From Trichodelitschia bisporula (lineage: Eukaryota): a stretch of DNA of 64,000 nucleotides. Shown in pieces: positions 36,609 to 48,910 of this stretch; position 1 is the first letter of the stretch; every line of letters starts with the position of its first letter. The stretch lies in contig ML996687.1 in NCBI GenBank assembly GCA_010356995.1, positions 1,427,803 to 1,491,802 on the forward strand, in the 5' to 3' direction. A model generated the notes under the pieces. That model did no database searches and was not told where the DNA came from. It worked only from the letters and a program-made list of their open reading frames with translations. Position numbers and translations under genes: made by a program.

Positions 36609-37855
36609 TGTTTATGTGGTTTGGGGTGGTGCTGGGGGGTGGAGGGAGGTTTTATGACGGTGTTACGGGATAGGTTGGGGGTGGGGTTTAACGAGGAGGG
36701 GGAGAGAATGGACCGGACCGGATGGGGTGGAAAGAAGAGACAAAGAGTTTATTCGGGTCGAGAATGGTCTGGTAGTTCGCGGGGGGGGCGTTGTGCTTTA
36801 CGAGTCTTTATGGGAGGCTTTTCCTTTGGTTCTCTTCGTTCCGGTTCCCTTTGTGTGGGAAGGGGGAGATGATATGATGGAGGGGTGGGAATGATGCAGG
36901 TCCGACCAGCAACAGGCGTCCAAACAAAAAAGCAGTCAAGTGACGGTCGTGGCGTCGGAGGGATAGTAGATTTTAAGAGACCAGTCCAGTCACATCCTCT
37001 TTATCCTTCGGACAAGGCAGCAGAGCACTCAAATCATAACAAGAGCGGCGAAAAAAAAAATTGATGGATGATGAGCTGTCCTTCCTCTCTTTACCCCGCT
37101 ATAATTCTCTTTTCTCGTCCCCGTTGGGCGCCACTGCACCAACTGCCAGCAAAGTGAAACCCCAGAATATGCGCCGGGCGCTAGTCTTCGACCAGCGGGA
37201 CGTCACAGGCCAATTACGTGGCCGTAGACTGATGACTTGTCCACCGCTGGCGCGGGGTCCGTCACATCTGTGCTCTGTGACAGGTGGGTAGGAGAGAAGC
37301 AGTGTGGAGAGTGATGGGGGTGGGGGCAGTGGAATGAGGGGCGCATGATCATGTTGTGCAGAGTGTTGAGGACGCGAGAGATGTGCTTTTGATTTGCCAG
37401 TGGTGTTTTTTGCGCGGTTTTTCCACCGGAGAGCTATCATCTTTTTCTGGGGGGACGTTATCGTGCTGTGTTCTTCATTCACTTTCGCATGGTTGCCGAG
37501 TTTGGCCAACTGTTTCATGCACGATAAGTGGCGCAGTCGCCGACACTCGGAAACTCGACCGCTGCCAATCGGCGGGTGAGGGCGGGGCGGAGCGGATAGG
37601 CTTACATAAGTTGAAGAGGGTGGAGCGGAATATCCCGTCCCTCCGCTCCGCTCACCAGCCACATGAGGCGCGGTAAGCTAAACCCCATCAGGCTCGACCT
37701 GGGGAGGTGAGGCAGCTCGGACGCGTTTACAAGCTGGTTACCTACAGCTCTCGCCAACCTCACCCAAGCTCCATCACCACAACCGCGCAATTTCTCATCG
37801 TCCCACGCTCCCAACTCCCTCATCGTCCTAATACCGATCTCCCACACCCGCAATC

Positions 37856-38900
37856 ATGGTAACCCCTCCTCCTTCCCCCCCCCTCTTACCGCACACCGCT
37901 AACCCCACCAGACCTCCATAGGCACAGGCTACGACCTCTCCAACTCCGTTTTCTCCCCCGACGGCCGCAACTTCCAAGTCGAATACGCCGTCAAGGCAGT
38001 CGAGAACGGCGGGACCGCCATCGGCATCCGCTGCAAGGACGGCGTCGTGCTAGCGCTCGAGAAGCTGGTGGCCAGCAAGCTGGTGAAGCCGGGCGCGAAT
38101 AAGCGGATAGCGACCGTGGACCGGAACATGGGCGTTGTGCGTGGCCGCTTCCCCCCCTCCCATCACCCACACCGTCAGCAGTAACTGATTCTCCCCCTAG
38201 GTGTCCGCCGGCCTCCTCCCCGACGGCCGCCACTTCGTCGCCCGCGCCCGCGACGAAGCCGCCTCCTGGCGCCGGCTGTACAAGGCCCCGATCCCGACCG
38301 CCGCGCTCGCCGACCGCATGGGCAGCTACGTGCAAGCGCACACGCTGTACAGCAGCGTGCGGCCCTTCGGCGTGACTGCCATTCTGGCCGGGTGGGATAG
38401 CGAAGCCGAAGTCCCGGTCGACGGGCAGGTGGGCTATGGGCCGGCAAGCGGCGCGGGGGGCAAGAAGGAGGGTGCGACGCATGGTGGGCCGTTTCTCTAC
38501 ATGATTGAGCCGAGTGGGATGTACTGGGTGAGTAATGGGATGTGATGCGGAGAGGGGCAGGGCTAATGATGAGTAGGGTTACTATGGTGCTGCGACGGGG
38601 AAGGGGAGGCAGGCTGCTAAGTCGGAGCTTGAGAAGCTGAATCTCGCGGCGGGGAATTTGACGTTGGAGCAGGGCGTCAAGGAGGCGGCGCGGATTATCT
38701 ACGTTGCGCATGAGGACAGCAAGGATAAGGAGTTTGAGCTGGAGATGACGTGGGTTAGCTCGCTCAAAGGGCCGACCAAGGGCCGGCACGAGGAGGTACC
38801 GCGCGAGGTGCGTGAGGAGGCTGAGAAGTGGGCTAAGAAGTCGTTGGAGAGTAACGGGGAGGAGGATGAGGAGGATGAGGAGGATAAGATGGAGGAGTAG
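37856..38900 (+). CDS. PRE10: 20S proteasome subunit alpha-7
   Basis: [20 protein letters not shown]; introns 37859-37911, 38137-38200 and 38528-38576; acidic C-terminal tail. Confidence 0.96.
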
Positions 38901-39210
38901 ATGCGGAGGTTGGTGGGTGTTAGATGGGCATCGGTCTCTGGCGTGTGGGCTGTGTGTGCTTTGAGGCATCGTAGCTGCTAGATTCAATGGTAGTGTCGAT
39001 GTTCGAGCGTTGTTGCTGCACCCGAAGTCGGGGTAGCTAGTTTTAGACGACCAATGACGTCTTGATCGGCGGGTCGACCTCGGCCTCACCTAAGGACAAA
39101 GGACGGATATCGCCATTCCTCCAAACTCTACTGCATTTATATCCCCTTCACCTGGCGCATCTATAGCTGTACATCCTATTCCTATAGACATAGACCTTAC
39201 ATCCCCAACC

Positions 39211-39991
39211 ATGCCTCCACACACCATAATCCTAATCCGCCACGCCCAAGCCGAACACAACATCTCCCAAAACTACACCCTCCCCGACCCACCCCTCTCC
39301 CCTCTCGGCCTCCGCCAACTCCCCCACCTAACCCACGCCCTCCGCACCTCCCCCCTCGCTGCGCAGATCACCACCCTCCTCACCTCCCCCGCAACCCGCA
39401 CCCTCCAAACAACACAAGCCGTCCTCGCCGCCCTGCCCACGCCCCACGCCGTAACCCTCGAGCTTCGGCCAGAATGGCAAGGTACGTAGCACCTTTCCCC
39501 CCCCCCCTATTCCTTCCTTCACCAACGAGAAAGAAAACAGCGCCATGCCCTGCGACACGCCCTCCCTCGCCAGCGTGCTACGCCCGCGCTTTCCTAGCCT
39601 AGCATCTCCGCCCTGGGAGACCGATCCCTGGGCTCCGCTGATGGCGGCGGGGGAGTATACGTCTAAGACGGGACCGTGGGCGCCGGATGCAGCTGCGCTA
39701 AGGGAGCGCGCGCGGCTGGTTCTAGGGGATTTGGGCTCGAGGGAGGGGACGGTGGGCGTTGTGGCGCATCAGGGGTTTTTGCAGGTTGTGACGGGTGAGG
39801 GTGGCGGTGGGGAGGGGGTTAGGTGGGAGAATGGGGAGGGGAAGGCTTTTGGGCTTGAGGTGGGGAGTGAGAGTGACGGGAGCGTTAGGCTCGTGCCGAA
39901 AGAGGGCGGGTGGGTATTGCCGGATGCTGAGGAGGGCGGGAATCAGCCTGCTGAGAGGGAGGCGGAAGCGGCTGTGGAGGAGGTTTCGTAA
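39211..39991 (+). CDS. Histidine phosphatase / phosphoglycerate mutase-like protein
   Basis: RHAQAEHN, SPATRTLQT, VVAHQG. Intron 39482-39533 (AAG acceptor) yields WQENSAMPCDT. Confidence 0.88.
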
Positions 39992-40360
39992 GGGGGATGA
40001 TGTGATGGGAGCAACGGCTCAATACGCGCTGCAGGGCAGCTGTAAACCTGAAGATTGAAGTGAAGACAAAGAGGGAAAAAGAGTCTCTGACTCTCGACAC
40101 TTAGATACACGATGCCAAGTATCCCCCTTTGCTCCTTCCTTCTATCATGCGCTCATTACATCATGTCTCTTAGTATGCTCCTTCCTGACAGCAGTGCTCC
40201 TTCCATATCTACATCAGCCGATGATTACGCTGACTCTTCATATATACCTCTCGCTATCGGTCATGAAAGGCCGGCTTCCCCATCCATTTGCGGCGGCGTC
40301 AGCAAGGAATGAGTTCAGACCGCGTAATACTGAAATTTTATGTATCCGGCTTCGGGTGTG

Positions 40361-40597
40361 CTTGGTAACACGACCTTCGAAGTTCTCGGTTACCCGGCTC
40401 CATTTACTTGGCTTACCCGGCTCTCCAGACACTCGGTTACCCGGCTCCGTCCATGCCCGCTTACCCGGCCATATATGACTCGGTTACCCGGCTCTTCAAC
40501 ACGTCCAGTTACCCGACTCCATGTGCTCGCTTACCTGGCTTTACAAGTCCTCAGTTACCCGGCCGCGTATACACTCAGTTACCCAGCTCTCCCTCGC
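40361..40597 (+). repeat. Array 1: ten ~24-bp units with core CTCGGTTACCCGGC and variable ~9-nt spacers
   Basis: Unit lengths 22-25 nt; seven exact TTACCCG. Confidence 0.92.
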
Positions 40598-40826
40598 ATT
40601 CCGTTCGCCGGCGCGTCTAGCTGCCTCCGACAACCCAAGTTCCCACAGTGCTCAGAAAACCAGCTTCCAGATACATTCATCCCCACCAGTATCAACGCGA
40701 GCACTAGCCTTCGTAGTAGTTCTTCACTGCCGCTTTGCTAGAAATACATTGGTGAATCTCTAAACACTATTACATATCCCGTACCCAAACGCCACGCAAT
40801 GATACCCGACTCTAGCGACCAACCCC

Positions 40827-43292
40827 CTATCCCAATACCGCAGCCACTGTCCCTGCAACAGTTACCCACCACCATTGCCAGGCGCGCACTAACTCCCCTG
40901 CGTTCTTCGCCGGCTTTGCCTTGGAAGACCCAGTTCCAGCTCCAGTTCCAGAGCTTCCCCCAGAGTCTCCGCCCCCTCCAGAGCCCCAGCTCCCTCCAGG
41001 ACCCTCCGACATGTCGTTCCCTTCAGTCCCGGAACTACTTATACCGCCAGCTCCACCCTTCCCTCCACCCGCACCTCCGCCTCCCACCGCTCCGCCCTCC
41101 CTTCCTCCCCCTTGTCCTCTCCCGCCACCCTCACCGCTACTCCCACCAGCATTCGCCCCTCCAAACACTATATCCGCCAAATCTCCTCGCCCGGCACCCA
41201 CTAACATCTCCGGCGTAAGCACGACCTCGGCCACGGCCCCATCAGTCGGCCCTCCTCTCCCACTTCCTCCCCTTACACTCCCTCTCCCGCTTTGCCCGCC
41301 TGTCCCGCCACTCCCACTCTCCGTCCCGGGCCTCCCCTCTCCACCCCCTCTGGCACCGGTTCCCTCGCCCTCCACCCTGGGTCGTCCCACACCTCCCCCT
41401 CCCTCTCCGCCGCTCCCGCCCTCCGCTCCAGGGCTTCCACCTCCTCCCCCACCCCCTCCGCCGCTCCAACCCTCCGCTCCAGGCCTTGTCCCTCCCCCGT
41501 CCCCTCCGCCACTCCCGCCCTCCGCTCCAGGCCGCCCCCCTCCCCGCCCGCCAGCAACCCCCATATCCGTCCACCCAACCGTCACCCCCCTCGCCCAATC
41601 CACCGCAGTCAGCACCACGCCAGCGGTCCCTGCACTCAGCACCACGCCATTCGCCGTCACCGCCGCGCCCGACGCGAGAGTAATATCCCCACGGGGCCGC
41701 GCGCTAGGGGCCGCCGGCTCAGGCTGCGCCCTCGGACCAGGCGCCAGAGTCGGGCCCGGCCCGGGCAGCGGCACACTCCCCGGTCTAGCCTCAGGCACGT
41801 CATCAAGTCCCGGCTCGTCAGACGCCGCCAGACTCCCCACGCCAGGCGTGGGCGCTAGCGCAGACGGCAGGGCCTGCACGTCGGCAGTGCTAAAAACGCG
41901 CGGCGGGTCGACGAGGCGGAATATCGTGTTCCAGGTGCAGTCAGCCCACTCGGGCCACAGAGTAGGGATGATGTCGTTGCTCAAGGCGATGGCATAGAGG
42001 TAATGCCCGTTGTAGGCAAGCCAATCAGTCCAACTTTCGAGAGCCGGTCCCAATCCGGCGGCCTTTACCGTCTGCTGAAAGCCCCAGATGTTCTCGCCAG
42101 GGTCCCTGGGTCGTGGGGCTGTGCCCTCGTATGCGGCATTGAGCGCGCTGAAGGGCACGGGCGGCGCGAGGTCCGCAAAATTCAGCCTCTCGGGGCGCGC
42201 GTTGAAGCGCAGCGTACTGAGCGCGCTACTCGGCAGTGCAATAAGGACGTCTGTCCGCGATGCTTCCCACCGCGGGGGACCAACCCGCAATGCAATCAAC
42301 GTTGCAATGCGCACGTACGCCAGCGACGCCCACAGCGTGGTGCCCGCCGTCACGACAGAGCCCGTGCGGGGCACGGTGCGGGTTCCGGTGAGTGGCGTCG
42401 GGCTGTGGGCGCACATGTCGCGCCCAGCCACGGCGGCGGGGTCCGCGCCGAAGTGCCACACCTCCACGTCCTCGCCCCTAAGGTTGCAGCCGTACTGGCC
42501 GGGGCCGTCGAGGTTCAGGCAGAAGCGCGGGAGGGGTGCGCTGGCTGGCGAGGCGTACCACGCATCCCACTCTGCTGCCGAGACCACGGCGTCCTCGGGC
42601 GCAGCGAGGTCGCAGTTCAAGGGGTAGTTGGGCTGCAGTGAGGGCGGGGTAATCATTGTGGTGTAGACGGCTGGGATGTAGGTTGTAGGTGTGGGGAGAA
42701 TGTCCCCGGTAAAGTAGGTGAGGGTGCCGCAGGCGACGGAGGTGGAGAAGGGTGTTGGGATCCACATCGTGGAGGTTGTGTAGCACGGCTCCATCGTGTT
42801 GAGGAATGGCTCTCCAAGGTCTGGGCATGCGGGGTGGATGGATAGGGCGAGGGTGAGGGTTGTGAGCGGGACGGGTTTGACGAAGGCGGTACACTGAGTA
42901 GAAAAGGATACTACGCCGAAGCTGTCGACTGTGTCCCAATTTGTGGCATCACAGCTCGCCCCCGTTCGCCATGATACGTAGGGTGCAATGATGTCGCTAC
43001 CTGGCGCTTTGGTCCATTCGAGCCCTTCCGTTTGCCACGATACGGAGGATGCGATGATATCGCTGCCCGACCCTTTGGTGATCCATTCGGGCACTGCTGT
43101 ACTCCAGGGTTCACGATAACCAATGCTGCCATTGCCTGGCGTTTCGGCCGTCCATTCGGGCAACACTTGACCGGTCGTATTCTCGTTGCTAGTTGTGTTC
43201 TGCGGCAGGGGGTATGGCGGTATGTCCGTCGCTCGCGCCGTCACAGTGAGAACTGTGAGCAACCACATCTGTATTGGACCCAGACGAGCCAT
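40827..43292 (-). CDS. Large secreted, probably GPI-anchored cell-surface protein with Gly-rich repeats (821 aa)
   Basis: Intronless ORF with signal peptide, Cys/Trp-containing globular region, GGxRPGAEGGSGG repeats (about 41300-41550) and a hydrophobic C-terminal tail. Confidence 0.82.
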   Translation of the reverse strand: MARLGPIQMWLLTVLTVTARATDIPPYPLPQNTTSNENTTGQVLPEWTAETPGNGSIGYREPWSTAVPEWITKGSGSDIIASSVSWQTEGLEWTKAPGSDIIAPYVSWRTGASCDATNWDTVDSFGVVSFSTQCTAFVKPVPLTTLTLALSIHPACPDLGEPFLNTMEPCYTTSTMWIPTPFSTSVACGTLTYFTGDILPTPTTYIPAVYTTMITPPSLQPNYPLNCDLAAPEDAVVSAAEWDAWYASPASAPLPRFCLNLDGPGQYGCNLRGEDVEVWHFGADPAAVAGRDMCAHSPTPLTGTRTVPRTGSVVTAGTTLWASLAYVRIATLIALRVGPPRWEASRTDVLIALPSSALSTLRFNARPERLNFADLAPPVPFSALNAAYEGTAPRPRDPGENIWGFQQTVKAAGLGPALESWTDWLAYNGHYLYAIALSNDIIPTLWPEWADCTWNTIFRLVDPPRVFSTADVQALPSALAPTPGVGSLAASDEPGLDDVPEARPGSVPLPGPGPTLAPGPRAQPEPAAPSARPRGDITLASGAAVTANGVVLSAGTAGVVLTAVDWARGVTVGWTDMGVAGGRGGGRPGAEGGSGGGDGGGTRPGAEGWSGGGGGGGGGSPGAEGGSGGEGGGGVGRPRVEGEGTGARGGGEGRPGTESGSGGTGGQSGRGSVRGGSGRGGPTDGAVAEVVLTPEMLVGAGRGDLADIVFGGANAGGSSGEGGGRGQGGGREGGAVGGGGAGGGKGGAGGISSSGTEGNDMSEGPGGSWGSGGGGDSGGSSGTGAGTGSSKAKPAKNAGELVRAWQWWWVTVAGTVAAVLG

Positions 43293-43859
43293 GGCGAAAC
43301 TTTCTGCATAACGGTACAAGCAAGGCCGATAAACACGCAATAGGGCGGCAGCACAACATCGTCCATGACCGCGGCGGGCGGGTGGGCAAGGTTATAATTC
43401 GAGACGTGAACAGGGATGGGATCCTTCGTAATGAGCTTGAGTGCACAGATATTGCGCTATAAGAAGCAACGCCGGGATGGGCCGTGGACGGATCACTCAT
43501 CGGTATCTAGTCCCATGGAAGCAATTCAACGCCCAGGTTCCATTGGCGATGTCGACGGCGTGGGATCGCGAAGACGTATCGTCGCATTATCTGACTTTGT
43601 GCTGCACTAAGCACACGGATGAATGTTGAAAACATTGGGAATGGTGTGTCTGCCGACACTAGTTGACGAGACGTCAGAAAGAAAACAAAAATGAAGCAAC
43701 TTGAACTGTAAAGTGAGGTTGACGAGGGAAAGTCAACTTACAGCTGTCGTCGTCCAATTTTATCCCCAAACGTTGCCCAGGCGCTAGTTCCAGAACTAAA
43801 GTAGTGCCTTGCTCCTTCCTTCAGCCTTGCGGGCTCGGCCATCGTCACGACTTACATCA

Positions 43860-43862
<3 letters not shown>

Positions 43863-43903
<41 letters not shown>
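43863..43903. repeat. (AC)~20 microsatellite
   Basis: Directly visible. Confidence 0.98.
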
Positions 43904-43904
<1 letters not shown>

Positions 43905-44137
43905 CACCAGCATATATCACCAGCACACAGCAGCTTAACCCTCCAAAAGCGTCCATAGGTAATAAGAACCCCCCTTCTTAACCAGCGTCAACCCGTGCAA
44001 ATATATAGTCTCTTGTCCGTGCCCAATGTCCATGCCAATGCCCCATCTAACCCCACCAGAACGCAATCTCAAGGGCCTCATCACGAAAAGCCAGCCTGCA
44101 CAAACCCCACAAGCACTCGCAAATTCCCCAGTATCAA

Positions 44138-47100
44138 TCAATGCAGTGCATCCGCCTTCGCAAACTCCTGCGCCTCCTGGTACAAGTCGATAATGCAGCC
44201 CGCGGACCACGCCTGCGTCGGACACTACGTTTCATTAGCCTCCCATTCCCCACATCACGAGCCAATATCCCGGAACTCACCGAATCTCCGCAGAATGCGC
44301 CCTTCAAGTTCGTCAACTCCGTCAACCCCGCCCAGGGACTGTTATGAAGCATATCCACACACCCCTTCAGGCGCCGGGTAATCTGCTGATAGCTCTCAAC
44401 GCGCTCGGCCGGGGTCTTGCGCCTCGCAAGATCGAAGCGCAGCAGCGCGCGCAGGAAGAATCCCGTCGGCCACAGCCACTCCGGGCCCTGGTGGTAGTTG
44501 CGTCCTTTAGCTATGTGGAAGTCGTCCGAATCGTCAGAGTTGATGTAGTTAGGGCGGTAATTAAGGTCGCTCGGGTCGAGCGTCGCCATGCCAGTGGGGC
44601 CACGGAGGGCGGAGTCCGCGAGGGAGAGCGCGTACAGCGCCTTGGCCGGGTCGAACAGATCCGGCGCCACGACCATGGCGATCGGGAAGTTGGGCCGCAG
44701 TTGGTAGTCCTCGTACGGCTTGCCCGAGCGGTACAGGTCCTTGTAGATACCGCGCCGGTTCACGATCTTGCTGTCAATGTCGTAGGCGCTGTCCTCGTCC
44801 TTGCTCCGCGGGATGTAGTAACACCGCTCGAACGCGCCCTTGATCCGATCGGCCCAGTCCTTCCAGGACACGAACTGCGTCGCGCCGCCCGCACCCGCAG
44901 GCGCGTCAACGCCCTTGTACTTGTACTTTCCCTTGGCGGACAGGCCCTCGAGCCACCGCAGCGTGCTGTACAACATGCCCGTGATTTCGACAGCGGCTCC
45001 GTCGCGCGGCGTCCCCGGCACGCCCTTGGAATTCGCCTTCGCGCTCTCGCCCATCTTGTCCATCCAAGTGCCGCAGTTGAACTGGTTGCCGCCGAAGATC
45101 AGCCCATTGGTCCAGTCGACGTGCACCTCGATCTGGAAGCCCGGGTCGCTCATCTGGCTGTCCAGGTTCGGTCCCGCGTTGTACTCGCGGAACGACAGGC
45201 CCGTGGCATGCCGCTGCATGGCCTCCTGCACAACGTCCTCGATAGTTGACTCAACCGAATAAGCGCGTTTGTCATCCCACGCGAACCACTCGTCGTTGTA
45301 GGGCAGGAAGCGGCGCTTGACAGACGCCTTGAGCAGATCCAGTCCCTTGGGAGCGATCTTGGTGAAGTCCTGGATGCACTGCAGGAAGAACCAAACCGAG
45401 TCGCGCGAGTTATACCGCGGCAGCTTGCCGCTACCCAGCAGATTCGGGATCATGCCATGCTTGAGCACACTCGCAAACGCCAGGATGTGCTCCTTCGCAT
45501 CTGCATACCGCCCTGTGCAGACCAACAGCCCGCGCATCGCCAGCATGATATCGCGCCCCCAGCAGCGCGCCCAGTCGTTGGCAAAGTGCGGCAGACCCGC
45601 CGCCATACTGGGCACTAGCCGGTCCGGCCACAGCGACGCATTCGTCTGGTAGCCGACAACCTGAACGCTGACGAGGCTGAGGCCGCGCAAAAAGTCGCTT
45701 CCGCCCCTAACGTTAGCGCTCATGAGCTCCACGGCCCGGTCAACGCCCGCGCTGTACAGCGTCTGGATCACCAAAGCAAAGTACCGCGGCAGCAAGAAAT
45801 TGGGAAGCTTGCGGATCGCATTGAAGCGGTCGTGCAGCCACACTGCAACGGGCTTGAGGTTGGCCCAGCGCTCCAGCGACGCCGCACGCTCCACACGCCC
45901 GACGCAGTAGTCCAGTGCCCACTGACCCTCGCGCAGGTGCTGGCACAGCGGATGGGCAAGGTTGTTTTCGCGCACGATGTCGCGCAGCACACTCTGCCAT
46001 CCCTGAAGGCCGGCGTAGGCGAGCGACCCATGCCCGGGCACATTGTACACGCCGTCTTTGCCGCCACTCGCGTCACGCTCCTCAGGATCGCAGCGGTACA
46101 GCAAGAAGTTGAGGTCGGCAAGTTTGAGTTTGGCGCATGCCTCGCCGCCGCCACGCGTCATTAACTTGTCCACGCCCTCTGAATGCTCGGCGCCCGGGAT
46201 CCAGGTCTCGAATAGCGCGATGCTGCCAGGCGGGAAGCGCTCGCTAACTTGGATCACCGTCTCCGAGACGCACCAGTCGCACGTTACGCCGCGTAGAGCG
46301 ATCGTACGAGAAGGCAGCCCGCGCAGCACCTTGTCGTTGATAGCAGCGTTCTTTGCATCAGCGCTGGTGTCGACCTCCAGCATCCACGAGCCGAGCGCCT
46401 TCGCACGAGTACCAGGCAGACGCACAGGCGGGAAGCCTCCATTGCCGTTGCCGTAGCCAGGGAAGGCAGTATGCGCAATGAGGAAGAAGCCCTTACGCGA
46501 CTGCGGATGCACACGGTGAATGGTAATGTACTCGCGGTCGTGGTGAATGAAGGTCTCATCGTACCCATCCTTGCCCATGAGCACATGGATGGAATTGAGC
46601 AGCTTCTTGATGCCGCCAATCCCGCCCTCACCGGCCGACACCTTGAGCTCGCGGTCGGTGGAGTACGGTGATGTGTACGGCCGCTTCTCATGCACCAGCT
46701 CAATCAGGTTCGGGTAAATCTCGTCGTAGCCCATGACACTGCCCGTGGCACACGCGCACATGGCCACAAGTGCCGCATTGGGCAGCGTGTCGCGCGCGTC
46801 GCGCTTCTGTGCCGGCGTCTCGTTGTCATGTGTACAGTCGCAGAAGAGCGCGTGGACAGGGCTCTGCTTGATGCGACGGATCACCTCGCGGCGCTCGGGT
46901 TGGCCTGGATCGACGGCCGAAGAGTTAACGTGCTTCGGCTTTGCGGCGTTGGTCACCTCGTCCGTATCGAAGCTGCCGATTGGCACGCCGGCATGTCGGT
47001 GAACGAGACGGCTGAGCTCGCGCGTGTCCCATGCTTGCATGGCCTCGCGGATGAGGCAGCTGATGCCGAGCTGCCCGACGTAGACAAAGTCCATTTTCTC

Positions 47101-48910
47101 GGAGCCAGAAAACAGCTCAGCACATACCACTAGATCAGGCCGCACCGCGCGCGCCTCGTCCAGCATGTACTGGGCCAGGTGCAGCGGCGTCGAGTGGCAG
47201 TTATCGATGCGGAAGCCGGCAAAGTACTTGGCCATCAGCCGCGTGTACTTGCCGATGAAGTCCCACAGGAACGGGTTGTCTTCCGGGCCCTTGCCGTACC
47301 GGAGCTTCACGCAGTCGCCCCATACGATGACCTCACGGCGCAGGTATGCACGCGACTTCCAGCTTGCGTTGTCCTTGAGGACATCCGCCGCCCACACCCA
47401 CCCGTTATTGATCAGCTGCAACGCATTTTTTGGATGCTTCCGCGTGGTCTCGTTGTCCGGCAAGCGGGTGAAGTACGTCTCAATGAGCGGCGAGTCCTTG
47501 CTAATGGGACCGAGCTTGGGGCCGTGGTCGTCGATACGCACGTAGCGGATCCGGTTGAACAGCTGCTCCAGAATGGCGCCACAGTCGCCGTCGTACTCCT
47601 TGTACAGCTCCAGGTTCACATCGTCCAGGAGCTTTTTAACGAATTCTGTTGCCTGCGAGTCACCGCTACCCGAGTCGAACCGCCCGACAGCGCCCGTAAC
47701 AAGTGCAGCGCCGATCTTGGGATCTAGTCTGCGGCGGAATCGTTCTCCCAGTCGGTCCATACCCACCAGGCCGTTCGCCATGACCCAGTCAACGCACTGC
47801 TTAGGAGGCCACTTGTTCGCGTCGCTGAGCTCTGGGAAACGCGCATCGGGAGCCTTGCCCTGGTGCCAAGCATCAAGGACAGCCTGCAAGTCACGCTTAA
47901 TCTCCAGTACATAGTACTGCCAGAGCATGATCTTCGAAATGCCGTGCTCGCGAATGCCGGACATGACCTTGAGCAGCTCGTCCGTGTTCTTGAGGTCCGT
48001 CGGGTAGCCGAGGGACCCCATGTTGCTGCCGAACTCGAGCAGCGCATCGTCTAGGGCCAACGCACATTCCAACCAGGGAGCTGTCTGCACGCTGTAACCG
48101 GCTTCAGGATGCGCCTCGAGCCACTTGCTGTTGTTGGCCGTGTGGTTCCAAACCACGTCCGTCAGGCTGAGAATGCCGTAGTCCTTCTCCATGCGGGAGA
48201 CTAGGTCCGCAATGTCCGACTCACCGTTCGGGAAGATTTCCTTGTCGAACTGGAGCTGGTCGTAAATGCTGTACGGCGAGTTTGAGTCTCCGCGCATCAT
48301 GAGCGGCGTGAAGTGGATCATGTTGTAACCCCGCTGCGAGATGCCCGACAGGTGGTTGTTCCAGTCCTTCGGGTAGCTGCCCATAAACTTGGAGATAGCC
48401 GAACACATGGAGATGGCATCGAGGGGCAGTGGCGAGCCCTGGAGGGATAGCCTCGGGCATACATCGATGTAGTATGTCTCGGTGCGCTTCGGCGCGGGCG
48501 TCTCAACGGGCTCGGTGGAGAAGGGCGGAAGCGGCGTGTAAGTGGTGTAGAAGCCGAAAGCGCCGGCGCAGTACACGGGGATGTCGATAAGGATGGGACG
48601 GTTGAAATCTGGGGTCAATCTTGTGGGGGTGGCAAGGTCAGCGGGAGGTCCAACGAAACGCGCAAGAGACCAACTTGAACTCGCGCCACTTGTCGCGCTT
48701 GAACGTCTCGCCCTTGGCCGGCAAGTTGACCCAGAGACTGCCCTCGCGACATATCGAGCTCGTGCCCTCGATGCTGAAGCGAATGAAGTAGACGGGATCA
48801 GAGGGCGGCGGCATGTAAATGTAGGTGCCGATCACATCGGGCGATCCATCGTCCTTCAATGGTAGAATGTAGATGTTCTGAGGCGCCGGCACGGTACCCG
48901 GCGGAGCCAT
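44138..48910 (-). CDS. GDB1: Glycogen debranching enzyme
   Basis: GFRIDNCHSTP, DCTHDNE, WARCWGRD, GTWMDKMG, NYHQGPEW, TQAWS. Introns 48674-48620 (AAG acceptor) and 44280-44225. Confidence 0.96.

Noticed and set aside
40361..40597. True CRISPR array
   Set aside because: Eukaryotic context, repeats about 15 nt, spacers about 9 nt and related to each other, no cas genes.
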